Virus record (IMG/VR): IMGVR_UViG_3300044728_000133
Length of the DNA: 64,000 nt
Direction: 5' to 3' (one strand)
DNA from: a virus
Lineage: Duplodnaviria; Heunggongvirae; Uroviricota; Caudoviricetes
The position numbers were made by a program, and so were the translations under genes. Positions 48,521 through 57,693 of the stretch are shown piece after piece; positions within the stretch are counted from its first letter, which is position 1, and each line of letters starts with the position of its first letter. A model generated the notes under the pieces. The model saw nothing but the letters and a program-made list of their open reading frames with translations. It had not been told where the DNA came from and did no database searches.

Positions 48521-48907
48521 ATGATTGACGAGGTCTCATGGCTCGCCGGACTCCTCGAAGGCGAGGGACATTTCGGCGCTGATTGTCGCAAGAGACGTGG
48601 CCATGACTACTGCTACCCGACCGTCCAGCTGAGCATGACCGACAAGGATGTAGTTGAACGTGCCGGAGAGATCATGCGTCGACTGACCGGGAGCACCGCT
48701 GTCGTTATGGCGAAGAAGGTGTATTCAAACCAGCAGACCAAGCAGTGGCGGATCGCCTTGTACGGAGCACCCGCCGAGCTTCTCATGCAGATCGTGCTGC
48801 CCTACATGGGCGAACGACGTACTACTCGAATCAACGAGATCCTCCACAAGAGGATGGAAAGGAGAAACTCCAATGACGAGGTCAGACGTGTATCAGGAGG
48901 TCACTGA
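48521..48907 (+). CDS. LAGLIDADG homing endonuclease (single-motif type)
   Basis: 128 aa; WLAGLLEGEGHF motif; lower GC than neighbours; overlaps ArdC-like gene start by 35 nt. Confidence 0.65.
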   Translation: MIDEVSWLAGLLEGEGHFGADCRKRRGHDYCYPTVQLSMTDKDVVERAGEIMRRLTGSTAVVMAKKVYSNQQTKQWRIALYGAPAELLMQIVLPYMGERRTTRINEILHKRMERRNSNDEVRRVSGGH

Positions 48908-49709
48908 CCGAATCCTCGCTGCACTACGAGCGGGAGTGACGCCCTGGAAGAAGCCCTGGACCGGGGGTGGCCCCGTCTCGATCAAGGGGCGCCCGTACAG
49001 GGGGATCAACACGTTCCTCCTGGGTCTCATGCCATACGGCGATCCCCGCTGGGGAACGTTCAAGGCAATGAAGGAGGCCGGCGGCTCCGTCCGCAAGGGC
49101 GAGAAGGCCACGCACGTGATCCTCTGGAAGCCGGTCAAGCGCCACGACGAGGAGGAGTCGAGCTACATGCTCCTCAAGACCTACCCCGTGTTCAATGCGG
49201 AGCAGTGCGACGACCTGCCCGAGCTTGAGCGCGAGCACGTCCCGCTCGAGGCCGCAGAGCACATCCTCAACGGGTTCGTGGGACCCACTCTGTCCAGCGG
49301 ACAGATGGCCGCGTACTCGGAGACCCTCGACCTGGTCGTCATGCCCAAGGCGGAGACGTTCCTGTCCAGCGAGGGCTACTACTCCACGTTCTTCCATGAG
49401 CTAGTCCACTCGACCGGGCACAAGGACAGGCTAGACCGCCTGGAGTCTGGCGGCTATGGCACCGGCCCGTACGCCAAGGAGGAGCTGGTCGCCGAGATGG
49501 GCGCGGCCATGCTCTGCGGCTTCGCCGGGATCGAGAACTTGGATCAGTCGGCGTCGTACATCGACGGCTGGCTGGCTGCGCTCACGCGTGACCCGAAGCT
49601 CGTGGTCCAGGCGGCAGCGCAAGCACAAAGAGGAGCCGACCTCATTCTCGGCACCACATTCGAAGATTCTCCGGATTCGGAGAATCGGAAGGAGGCACTA
49701 GTCTCATGA
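48873..49709 (+). CDS. ArdC-like antirestriction protein (N-terminal DUF1738 ssDNA-binding + C-terminal zincin-like HExxH)
   Basis: 278 aa; YQEVTDRILAALRAGVTPW...RGINTFLL; FHELVHSTGH; 3' end reads through palindrome copy (EDSPDSENRKEALVS). Confidence 0.65.
   Translation: MTRSDVYQEVTDRILAALRAGVTPWKKPWTGGGPVSIKGRPYRGINTFLLGLMPYGDPRWGTFKAMKEAGGSVRKGEKATHVILWKPVKRHDEEESSYMLLKTYPVFNAEQCDDLPELEREHVPLEAAEHILNGFVGPTLSSGQMAAYSETLDLVVMPKAETFLSSEGYYSTFFHELVHSTGHKDRLDRLESGGYGTGPYAKEELVAEMGAAMLCGFAGIENLDQSASYIDGWLAALTRDPKLVVQAAAQAQRGADLILGTTFEDSPDSENRKEALVS
49665..49686. repeat. 22-bp palindrome family copy (GATTCTCCGGATTCGGAGAATC)
   Basis: perfect 9-bp arms. Confidence 0.75.
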
Positions 49710-50467
49710 CCGACGTAACCCTTCTCAGCTCCATCGTCGAGACACCTCTCGACAGGGGCGTGCCAGGCATCACGACGATCTCCCTCAGCGGAGAGCCCTA
49801 CGCCACAGCGATCGTGAATGCCGTGGTCAACAACTACCACCGCATCACCGGCAGGCAGAAGCCGGATGAGGAAAACCTGCAGGCGCTCGTCGGCGAGAAG
49901 GTCACCGTCATTCTCGGTGGAGAGAACTTGCTAGGAAGCGGGATGCTCATCGCCCGTGAGGGCAAGATCTTCGAGGGTCAGCGAGGGCTGGCCATCCTGC
50001 CCAAGGGCAAGCGCACGAAGGGCTACAGCCTGGATCCATCACGTGTGCTCGACGTGTTCCCTGGCTGGGTCTCCAACGTGGCCGAGGCGAACGTGACCGC
50101 GGTGCGCCACTGCTATCCCGAGCTGGTCAACCTCACCCAGGAGCGGCTCGAGCGGCTGCCCCGTGACTCGGACGAGTGCTCCATGGCGCTGCTCGGCACG
50201 AACCCCGTGTTCGGGGGACCCGACTGCATCTGGCTGATCGGGGAGTACTGGCCCGAGGATGACATCTGTGACACGAACGTCCTGCTCATCCGCCCTGAGT
50301 TCGGGACGAGCGAGCACGGATCGTGTTACGGGAAGGAGCTTCTGCGTAACCGCTCCCTTGGAGAGATCGTCGGCTTCGAGCCCATCTCGTTTGCCGAGGC
50401 CATTCACCTGTGCGAGATCGACTTCGATGACGCCTGCTCCCAGGTGTTCGGGTTGGTGACGGCATGA
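49706..50467 (+). CDS. hypothetical protein
   Basis: 253 aa. Confidence 0.55.
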   Translation: MTDVTLLSSIVETPLDRGVPGITTISLSGEPYATAIVNAVVNNYHRITGRQKPDEENLQALVGEKVTVILGGENLLGSGMLIAREGKIFEGQRGLAILPKGKRTKGYSLDPSRVLDVFPGWVSNVAEANVTAVRHCYPELVNLTQERLERLPRDSDECSMALLGTNPVFGGPDCIWLIGEYWPEDDICDTNVLLIRPEFGTSEHGSCYGKELLRNRSLGEIVGFEPISFAEAIHLCEIDFDDACSQVFGLVTA

Positions 50468-50646
50468 CTACGAAAGTGATCCGCGAACGCCTGGAGGAAC
50501 TGCGCACCGAGATACGCGCAGAGCGCATCAGCTACGGCGAGATTGCCGAGCTTCAGGGTCTCGCTGAACACATCGATCCCAGCGATGTCGAGCTGCTCGA
50601 ATGGGCGGGCGTGCCTGAGTTCCCTGAGGACGAGGAGGAGGAATGA
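50464..50646 (+). CDS. small acidic protein
   Basis: 60 aa; ATGA overlap. Confidence 0.45.
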   Translation: MTTKVIRERLEELRTEIRAERISYGEIAELQGLAEHIDPSDVELLEWAGVPEFPEDEEEE

Positions 50647-50861
50647 AGCTCTTCGACGTCACCGTCAAGCTCGACGAGGAGGACGAGCGCACGTACCTCG
50701 TCTGGGCGCCGGACGAGCAGGCCGCAGTTGACACCGCTGCAGAGCAGGTCAGATCCTTAGTGGTGGCTGAGGCGCTCCTCGTCCGGTACCCGGACAAGGT
50801 GGACACAATCGACTACGACGGCGTCCTCGGTCAGGAACCCTCTAGGGAAGGAGACGTATGA
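50643..50861 (+). CDS. hypothetical protein
   Basis: 72 aa. Confidence 0.5.
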   Translation: MKLFDVTVKLDEEDERTYLVWAPDEQAAVDTAAEQVRSLVVAEALLVRYPDKVDTIDYDGVLGQEPSREGDV

Positions 50862-51526
50862 CAAGTGTCAGTGTCAACCTCTGGACGACGAAAGCTCTGG
50901 ACGAGTACGTCGGGGGTCTGAGCAGCCCCTCCAAGATGCCATCGTGGTCGTTCAACATCCCTGCCGCTGAGTGCGGCATCGGCGCGCGACTACGAGAGGT
51001 CGAGGGATCGGTTTGCTGGAAGTGCTACGCCCTCAAGGGGCGCTACAACTTCCCCCAGACCCTGACTGCCATGTACCGCCGCTTCCATCGACTGGGGCAG
51101 AAACGCTGGGCTGAGGTCATGGCCGAGCTAATCCGCCGCCGCTGCTCAGTCCCGTACTTCAGGTGGCATGACTCGGGTGACCTCCAATCGGTCGAGCATC
51201 TGGCAGCGATCGTCGACGTCGCTCGAGGGACACCCGAGACAGCTCACTGGCTCCCCACTCGGGAGTACGGCATCGTCTCGGAGTACGTCGAGGCCGGCGG
51301 CGAGCTACCCCCGAATCTGAATGTGCGGCTCTCAGCGCACATGATCGGGGGCCACGTCCCCACCTTCCCTCGCCTGCGGGGGTTGGTGACCGTGTCGACG
51401 GTGTCGAGCGATGGCATCCCTGCCCCTCACGTCATCAGGGGAATCAGTGCGGCGAGTGCCGAGCGTGCTGGTCACGCGACGTTCCCGCCGTCGACTACCA
51501 CCTCCACTAAAAGGAGAGACCAATGA
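50858..51526 (+). CDS. Cys-cluster protein, possibly phage Gp37/Gp68 (DUF5131)-like
   Basis: 222 aa; CGIGARLREVEGSVCWKCYALKGRYNF resembles C..x..C..CYA signature. Confidence 0.45.
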   Translation: MTSVSVNLWTTKALDEYVGGLSSPSKMPSWSFNIPAAECGIGARLREVEGSVCWKCYALKGRYNFPQTLTAMYRRFHRLGQKRWAEVMAELIRRRCSVPYFRWHDSGDLQSVEHLAAIVDVARGTPETAHWLPTREYGIVSEYVEAGGELPPNLNVRLSAHMIGGHVPTFPRLRGLVTVSTVSSDGIPAPHVIRGISAASAERAGHATFPPSTTTSTKRRDQ

Positions 51527-51738
51527 CCAATCAGGAAGCACTTGATCTCCTGTCGGAGTTCACCGAGACGACCAGCTCCGCTGTGCAGATAGCGGTGTGG
51601 GCTGGTGCGTTCTTGCAGGAGGGAGGCGAGCCCACATGGGACGCCGTCAAGAGCGTCTCGGATATTGCGTCCACGCTCATGGCTCAGAGCGCGAAGATCG
51701 CAAACCTGCGTGAGATCTACGACGAGATCACGCCATGA
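51523..51738 (+). CDS. hypothetical protein
   Basis: 71 aa; SD aaaaggagag. Confidence 0.5.
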   Translation: MTNQEALDLLSEFTETTSSAVQIAVWAGAFLQEGGEPTWDAVKSVSDIASTLMAQSAKIANLREIYDEITP

Positions 51739-51757
51739 TTCTCCGAATCCGGAGAAT
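51736..51757. repeat. 22-bp palindrome family copy (GATTCTCCGAATCCGGAGAATC)
   Basis: perfect arms, followed by gaaaggag SD. Confidence 0.75.
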
Positions 51758-51772
51758 CGAAAGGAGAGGACG

Positions 51773-52144
51773 ATGACCATTGACGTGCTCGACACGCTGT
51801 CGCATGCCAGGACAGCACTCGATGACCCGCTCGCACTGGGCGGTGAGGAGATCGGCGTCGACGGACCCCGGGCATACGCCATCGACAAGATCGACCTAGT
51901 CATGGATGCGCTCGGGAGCAACGCGCTCGAAGATGCGGAGACACCCGCCGAGAAGGAGACGTACCTCAGGCGCTATGCCGGTCTCGTCTGGAACATCGGC
52001 ACCATCCTGTGCGACCGGCGTGGGGATGATCCCCGTATCTGGGACTTCATGTACGAGTCCATCGATGAGGTCTACGAAGTCGTGGGCAGAAGGCTCATCG
52101 ACGGATACGAGGACACGATCTTCGGAGGGGAGACGACGTCATGA
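51773..52144 (+). CDS. hypothetical protein
   Basis: internal ATG MTIDVLDTLSHA after SD. Confidence 0.55.
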   Translation: MTIDVLDTLSHARTALDDPLALGGEEIGVDGPRAYAIDKIDLVMDALGSNALEDAETPAEKETYLRRYAGLVWNIGTILCDRRGDDPRIWDFMYESIDEVYEVVGRRLIDGYEDTIFGGETTS

Positions 52145-52180
52145 GCCGGTCAGTACAGGACAAGTTCTTCGAGGTCGACG

Positions 52181-52444
52181 ATGCCTAGCCGAGCCCACCT
52201 CAAGGGAGCAGAGATCGTCGAGGAGGAACACCAAGCGCAACTCCAGAACGAGGCCGTCGATCGAGCCATGCGTCGATACGAGATCGCACGCCAGCTCGCA
52301 CGTGAGGCATTCAAGGGAAACGACGACGTCGACGTTGGATACACAGGCGATGCCGACTCCACGGTCGAGTATGTGGACGCTGGCTATTGGGTGAATGCGA
52401 GGGTGTTCATCTATGCCGAGGATGTCGAGGAGAGGATGCGATGA
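52181..52444 (+). CDS. hypothetical protein
   Basis: 87 aa. Confidence 0.45.
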   Translation: MPSRAHLKGAEIVEEEHQAQLQNEAVDRAMRRYEIARQLAREAFKGNDDVDVGYTGDADSTVEYVDAGYWVNARVFIYAEDVEERMR

Positions 52445-52788
52445 TCACACCTGCCCAAACGAAGGTGCTCAACCGAGCGAGGGACGTGCTGGAGTCCCTA
52501 CAGGAGAAAGCCACTGACGCTGATGGCTTCAGGGACGGCCGGGTGGCTGAAGCTGCAGCCGCGGCCGAGCTCGCGCTGTTCAACGTGCTCAACCTCACCA
52601 ACGTGCCGGACATGGACCTGTTCAACAGACGTGTCTCGGACATCGAGCGGATACGGGCTGCACATGCCGCAGAGGTCGAGTACGACTACCGCGGAAGCTA
52701 CCTCACCGACAACGAGGCCAGGGTCGGCAGGCACCTGTATTACGTGTCAATCCTCAACCAACGCCATGGGGCGGTGATGCACCGATGA
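52441..52788 (+). CDS. hypothetical protein
   Basis: internal ATG MITPAQTKVLN; ATGA overlap. Confidence 0.5.
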   Translation: MITPAQTKVLNRARDVLESLQEKATDADGFRDGRVAEAAAAAELALFNVLNLTNVPDMDLFNRRVSDIERIRAAHAAEVEYDYRGSYLTDNEARVGRHLYYVSILNQRHGAVMHR

Positions 52789-53189
52789 GCGAGCCCTGGG
52801 TCCCCGACTACCTACCCGAGAGCGACGATTACCACGACCCCATGCCCGGGCGCTGCCCCGAATGTCGGACAATCCTCGACGTGCTCCCGAGCGGAGGGGC
52901 GATCTGCCCCGAGCATGGAGCGTGCCGTCCGGTGTACGGGAGCAAACCGGACGATTCTCCGGAAGCGGAGAATCCGAACGAGAGCCTCGACACCAAGGAG
53001 CTACGCAAGCTCGGCGAGCTGGTCTCGTGGGCGCTCGACCAGAACCACGACACCGCTGACGGGAACTACTTCTGGTTCCTAGCCGACGAAGAGGACGGCG
53101 AGACGAGCGATGACGTGAAGGAGATCTTCAACCGCGTACTCGACAAGCTCGCCCGCGGGAAGGAAGAAGACGATGGCGACCAAGACTAA
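52785..53189 (+). CDS. acidic hypothetical protein with N-terminal zinc-ribbon; contains an internal palindrome copy (DDSPEAENP)
   Basis: 134 aa; CPECR...CPEHGAC. Confidence 0.5.
   Translation: MSEPWVPDYLPESDDYHDPMPGRCPECRTILDVLPSGGAICPEHGACRPVYGSKPDDSPEAENPNESLDTKELRKLGELVSWALDQNHDTADGNYFWFLADEEDGETSDDVKEIFNRVLDKLARGKEEDDGDQD
52953..52974. repeat. 22-bp palindrome family copy inside a CDS (GATTCTCCGGAAGCGGAGAATC)
   Basis: perfect arms. Confidence 0.75.
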
Positions 53190-53304
53190 GACCAAGGAGT
53201 ACCGCTGCGAGACGTGCAAGCGGCGACTCAGGAACGGACGGTGGGTGTACAGCACGCACACCGGCCACCGCTTCTGCCTACCTGGAAAGGGGTGTCAGAA
53301 ATGA
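53173..53304 (+). CDS. small zinc-ribbon peptide (43 aa)
   Basis: hand translation MATKTKTKEYRCETCKRRLRNGRWVYSTHTGHRFCLPGKGCQK; overlaps previous 3' end out of frame. Confidence 0.3.
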   Translation: MATKTKTKEYRCETCKRRLRNGRWVYSTHTGHRFCLPGKGCQK

Positions 53305-53492
53305 CAGAGATCAAGAAGATCGGACGAGAGGAGGATCGAACGCGAGAGCAGTTCACGGCCGAGATCATCCGGCACCCGCCGGGAGAACCTGGCCATGTCT
53401 ACCTCGCTCAGGCGATTGCCCAGGTGAGAGGAAACACGCTCGGCGACCTGCAAGCGTTCGTCGCTGACTTCGTCTGGGAGAGTACGCCATGA
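53301..53492 (+). CDS. hypothetical protein
   Basis: internal ATG MTEIKKIGREED; ATGA overlap. Confidence 0.45.
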   Translation: MTEIKKIGREEDRTREQFTAEIIRHPPGEPGHVYLAQAIAQVRGNTLGDLQAFVADFVWESTP

Positions 53493-53677
53493 GCACTCGC
53501 GAGGACACCTGGACACGGGAGTACATGGTCGTACTCAAGATCAAGGTGGACGTACCTGTCGGAACACATCCGAACTGGTGGGGCCTGCTCGGGATGCCCG
53601 AGCCATGGAAATGGGATGAACACTTCCCGGAAAACATTCATGTTGAAGAAGTCACCGCAGTGGAGTTGATGTCATGA
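53489..53677 (+). CDS. hypothetical protein
   Basis: 62 aa. Confidence 0.45.
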   Translation: MSTREDTWTREYMVVLKIKVDVPVGTHPNWWGLLGMPEPWKWDEHFPENIHVEEVTAVELMS

Positions 53678-54090
53678 AAACCGTCGAATGCCCAGACTGC
53701 GGACGCCGGGTGCGTCCCTGCAATCTCGAACGTCACATGCGGACGCACCTGCCGGTGGCTACCGCTCGTCCATACGGCACCAAGTGGATGCGCGCGCGCC
53801 GGCCCATCCGCAATGGGCGCCTGACCGACAGGCGCTATGACGAACACGTGCCCCGTGGCATGGGACCGCATCGCTTCCGGATCTACCGGCTGCGCGCGGG
53901 CGAGCTCGAGCTGGTCGCCAGCACCGGAACACCGGAAGACATGGGCTACGCCCTCTTCCACTTGAGCGGAGAGAACGAGTACGTCGACGACGACAGCTGC
54001 GGCGTGCTCGATACCGCAGACGATCCTGGGCACTGGATCGTGCATCCATTCACACTCGGTCGAATCGCCCCCAAGGAGGTGGCGGCATGA
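53674..54090 (+). CDS. protein with N-terminal C2H2-type zinc finger
   Basis: 138 aa; CPDCGRRVRPCNLERHMRTH. Confidence 0.55.
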   Translation: MKTVECPDCGRRVRPCNLERHMRTHLPVATARPYGTKWMRARRPIRNGRLTDRRYDEHVPRGMGPHRFRIYRLRAGELELVASTGTPEDMGYALFHLSGENEYVDDDSCGVLDTADDPGHWIVHPFTLGRIAPKEVAA

Positions 54091-54245
54091 AGACGATCAT
54101 CATCCAGTTGACCGAGGAGGAAGCTGAGTCTCTACGTATGGCTGGCGAGACTCGGCTGGAGACACTCGATGCCGCCGGGATGGATGACCCCGTCCTAGTC
54201 AGGGTCATGAAGCGGATCATCCAGCGTGCGGAGAGTGTGTTCTGA
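54087..54245 (+). CDS. small hypothetical protein (52 aa)
   Basis: hand translation MKTIIIQLTEEEAESLRMAGETRLETLDAAGMDDPVLVRVMKRIIQRAESVF; ATGA overlaps both ends. Confidence 0.4.
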   Translation: MKTIIIQLTEEEAESLRMAGETRLETLDAAGMDDPVLVRVMKRIIQRAESVF

Positions 54246-54787
54246 TGGATGACACCACGCAAACGATGTCCCGAATGCTGATCGAGCAGAACATGACCTA
54301 CCAGGAGATCGGTGACGCATTTGGGATCACCAGACAGGCTGTGTACTGGCGGTTGAAGAAAGCCGGTCTCAAGCCAGGTAGCCAGGCCAAGCACAGGAAG
54401 GCCAGCCTGATCGCTCGGCTTTCAGAAGCTCACGCACGCATCATGAGCCGGGAAGCCACCGTGGCTGAGGAGGCTGAACGCCTCGGGTACACGCAGAGCG
54501 GCATGCGTAGCGTGATGCTTCGTAACGGCATGCCAATCCGGGTACCCCAGCCCGAGCCCGAGCATGGAACACGTGCCCGGTACCAGAAGGGCTGCAAGTG
54601 CGATGAGTGCAAGCGATCGCACGCCGACCACCAGGCCAGCTTGCGTGGACTCGAACCACCGAATCATGGGACGGAGTCCGGGTACATCAACTACGCCTGC
54701 CGGTGTCAACCCTGCAAGGAGGCAGCGAGAGCAGCTGTCAGGGCTCGTCTGGCGGCGCTGAGACAGAGAAGGGAGATCGCAGCATGA
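54245..54787 (+). CDS. HTH DNA-binding protein with C-terminal Cys-rich repeats
   Basis: 180 aa; MTYQEIGDAFGITRQAVYWRLKKAG HTH; repeats HGTRARYQKGCKCDECK / GTESGYINYACRCQPCK. Confidence 0.6.
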   Translation: MDDTTQTMSRMLIEQNMTYQEIGDAFGITRQAVYWRLKKAGLKPGSQAKHRKASLIARLSEAHARIMSREATVAEEAERLGYTQSGMRSVMLRNGMPIRVPQPEPEHGTRARYQKGCKCDECKRSHADHQASLRGLEPPNHGTESGYINYACRCQPCKEAARAAVRARLAALRQRREIAA

Positions 54788-55023
54788 GCATGCGCCAACA
54801 GGCGTCAGAGCTGATCGAGCGGCTGCACGCCGAGCACATCGAGGAGATGGAGGAAGCCGCCATCGGGTACGTCCTCGTTTCACGCGATGAAGTGGTCGGG
54901 AGCCTGTACGTCATGGGCGTGTTCGACACCCCAGAGGCAGCCACGGCCCACAAGGAGAAACTCGACGTCGAGGACGGCGAGGGATGGGCGATGAGCGTTC
55001 ACCGTCTCATGCCGGTCGACTGA
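54784..55023 (+). CDS. hypothetical protein
   Basis: internal ATG MSMRQQASELIERL; ATGA overlap. Confidence 0.5.
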   Translation: MSMRQQASELIERLHAEHIEEMEEAAIGYVLVSRDEVVGSLYVMGVFDTPEAATAHKEKLDVEDGEGWAMSVHRLMPVD

Positions 55024-55039
55024 CCGCATGTAGATACTC

Positions 55040-55061
55040 GATTCTCCGGATTCGGAGAATC
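55040..55061. repeat. 22-bp palindrome family copy (GATTCTCCGGATTCGGAGAATC)
   Basis: perfect arms, 20 bp upstream of HNH gene SD. Confidence 0.75.
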
Positions 55062-55084
55062 CTTACCGAGAGGAGCTTCACCTA

Positions 55085-55576
55085 ATGGAGACCTGGCGAC
55101 CCGTAGCTGAACTAGAGGATCGCTATGAAGTGAGCGACTCAGGCTACGTACGTCGCCGCAGAGACGGACACGTACTGGCCCATCACCTGATCGGTCCCTA
55201 CCACAGGGTCTGTCTGTGGTCGGGCACAAAGTCACGGAGGTTCATGGTCCACCGACTGGTTGCTGCTGCTTTCATCGGGCCGCGCCCAGCCGGATATGAG
55301 GTGAACCACAAAGACGGCAATCCCTCGCACAACGCCGTCTCGAACCTGGAGTACACAACACCCTCCGAGAACGTAAGGCATTCGTTCCGAGAACTGGATC
55401 GAGTGCCTGCTCACGGAGAGAAGCACGGCTCATCCGTTCTGACCGATGAGCTTGTCCTTGCCCTCCGCGCTGAACGCGCGCAGGGCACCACCTCGGCAGC
55501 ACTGGCACGAAAGATTGGGGTTGACCCCTCGACCGTGCAGCGTGCTGTCAACGGAACAACATGGAGGCACCTATGA
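55085..55576 (+). CDS. HNH homing endonuclease (NUMOD4 + HNH_3 + C-terminal HTH)
   Basis: 163 aa; WRPV...YEVSDSGYVRR; HRLVAAAFIGPRPAGYEVNHKDGNPSHNAVSNLEYTTPSEN. Confidence 0.75.
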   Translation: METWRPVAELEDRYEVSDSGYVRRRRDGHVLAHHLIGPYHRVCLWSGTKSRRFMVHRLVAAAFIGPRPAGYEVNHKDGNPSHNAVSNLEYTTPSENVRHSFRELDRVPAHGEKHGSSVLTDELVLALRAERAQGTTSAALARKIGVDPSTVQRAVNGTTWRHL

Positions 55577-57381
55577 CTGTTGGAACACAACCTCTCCCCG
55601 GGATGGTCTATACGGGCGAGAGCTGCCCGACATGTGTGGGCATGGGCATCCTGGAGGCGACTGATCTCTTCTGCGGAGCAGGGGGATCAAGCCTTGGCCT
55701 GGAGCATGTGCGCTGCCACGATTGTGGTCGGCAGCTCATCCAGGTAACTCAATGCCTCAATCACTGGGATCTCGCGGTCCAAGCACATAACGCCAACTTC
55801 CCAGAGGCCGACCACGACCTGCACGACGTCGAGGTCGTACCGGCCAACCGCTTCCGGAGAACACCGCTGCTGTGGGCATCCCCGGAGTGCGTGCATCACG
55901 CGTACTGCCGAGGCAAGAAGTCTGATGATGCCTCAGCCGAGCGTTCCCGCATGACCATGTGGGACGTCCACCGCTTCGCCGAGTTCCACCGCTACGACGC
56001 GGTCATCGTCGAGAACGTGATCGAGGCCCGACTATGGGAGCCGTTTGACGAGTGGCGAGCCGGGATCGAGAAGCTCGGGTACACGAGCAAGATCGTGTTC
56101 TTCAACTCGCAGTTCGCACTGCCCACCCCACAGTCACGTGACCGCATGTACGTGGTGTTCTGGCGCAACGGGATTCCTGCTCCCCAGCTCGACTTCGAGC
56201 CCATGTCCTGGTGCTCGGAGTGTGAGATCGTCGTGAAGGGGATGCAGTGGTGGAAGAAGCCGAGTCCTGGGTCACTGCGCACGCAGCCCGGGAAGTTCGA
56301 GTGGGGACGCTACGGCGCGCAGTACACGTACGTGTGCCCCCATTGCTTCCAGAACGTCGCTCCGGCAGTGATCGGAGCAAAGTCGATCATCGACTGGTCT
56401 ATGCCCATGACACGCATCGGCGACCGAGTGAAGGATCTAGCGCCGAAGACACGGGCTCGGATCAAAACCGGCATCGAGCGTCTCTCCACCCAGGAACCGG
56501 TGACCGTCCAGGTCGGCGGAAACCTGTACGAGCGGCCCGGGTACGCGCGCGTGTGGAGCGTGAATGATCCGCTGCGCACCGTGACAGGCACTCCGTACAT
56601 GGGTGTCGTCGTGCCGAAGGCAGCCATCCTGCGGACAGGCGGACAGAGCGCAGCCCCGAAGAGCGTCGAGAGCCCAATGGGAACGATCACTGCTCACGAC
56701 CGGCAGTTGTCGCTCTTGGTCCCAGAGTCGAATGGCAACGGCAATGGCAATGGCCACGTTGAAGTTGCTGCGCAGGCGACCGAGATGCTGGTGCGGGTGA
56801 ACCGCGGCGGCGATCGCCGACCGCTCACGATCAATGAGCCAGTACCCACAGTGGCCGGTCACGGGGAGATGGCGCTCGTGAGCTTCCGCAACCACGGAGA
56901 CGCTGCCCCGATCGACAAGCCAGCGCACACGATTACCGCCGGCGGGTATCACCACGGCCTGCTCGTCTACAACGGCAACCCCGGGTTCGTTCGGGATCTC
57001 GAGGACGCTGCCGGAACAGTCACCGGGCGTGACAAGCAGTCGCTTCTAGTGCCCTACTACGGCCAATCAAACGGACGCCCGACGGCGGTACCGCTCGGAG
57101 CTGTGACGACCAAGGACCGCGAAGCCCTGGTCGTGACTGAGGCCGACATCGACGACTGCCTCTTCCGGATGCTCCAGTGGCCCGAGCTACTCGCCGCTCA
57201 GCAGATGCACCTGATGCCGAATGGTGAGTCGTACCGCCTGACGGCGAAGCGCAAGAACAAGCGCGGTCAGTTCGTCGAGCTCTCGAACGAACTGCGCACG
57301 AAGATGATCGGCAACGCGGTCTCCGCCCCAGTGGCGACCATGCTCGGGGAGGCAGTGGTGCAGTCACTGATGGCGGCATGA
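55573..57381 (+). CDS. DNA (cytosine-5)-methyltransferase with large variable region
   Basis: motif I DLFCGAGG, motif IV ASPEC, ENV (IVENVIE), motif X MIGNAVSAPVATMLGEAV; GGAGG SD, ATGA overlap with HNH stop; internal (AATGGC)4 repeat encoding NGNGNGNG. Confidence 0.8.
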   Translation: MTVGTQPLPGMVYTGESCPTCVGMGILEATDLFCGAGGSSLGLEHVRCHDCGRQLIQVTQCLNHWDLAVQAHNANFPEADHDLHDVEVVPANRFRRTPLLWASPECVHHAYCRGKKSDDASAERSRMTMWDVHRFAEFHRYDAVIVENVIEARLWEPFDEWRAGIEKLGYTSKIVFFNSQFALPTPQSRDRMYVVFWRNGIPAPQLDFEPMSWCSECEIVVKGMQWWKKPSPGSLRTQPGKFEWGRYGAQYTYVCPHCFQNVAPAVIGAKSIIDWSMPMTRIGDRVKDLAPKTRARIKTGIERLSTQEPVTVQVGGNLYERPGYARVWSVNDPLRTVTGTPYMGVVVPKAAILRTGGQSAAPKSVESPMGTITAHDRQLSLLVPESNGNGNGNGHVEVAAQATEMLVRVNRGGDRRPLTINEPVPTVAGHGEMALVSFRNHGDAAPIDKPAHTITAGGYHHGLLVYNGNPGFVRDLEDAAGTVTGRDKQSLLVPYYGQSNGRPTAVPLGAVTTKDREALVVTEADIDDCLFRMLQWPELLAAQQMHLMPNGESYRLTAKRKNKRGQFVELSNELRTKMIGNAVSAPVATMLGEAVVQSLMAA

Positions 57382-57569
57382 CGAGAGAAGCTTCTAATCG
57401 GGGTGTTGTCTACAACGCCGCGGATCTCGGGAAGATGGATCCTGCGCGACTCTGGGAGATTCGCCATTGCGAGACGTGCCTGGAGCCGTGGGCGAAGTGT
57501 CAGTGCAAGCAAGGGCGCTGGGATCGTGCTGAGCGTGAGGCTGCGCTTGCTGGGGGGGCGAAGTCGTGA
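57378..57569 (+). CDS. small Cys-containing protein
   Basis: 63 aa; ATGA overlap. Confidence 0.45.
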   Translation: MTREASNRGVVYNAADLGKMDPARLWEIRHCETCLEPWAKCQCKQGRWDRAEREAALAGGAKS

Positions 57570-57693
57570 GCGTGGGCTCGAGGCCGGGTTCTATGCTTTC
57601 CCAGCAGCGGGCGCACGTAGCCGCTGGGACAACCCTCCGTAGCTCTTTTGAGTTGTCGTGGGCTGCGGATGTGGTGTCGAACGGAGCGCCCGC

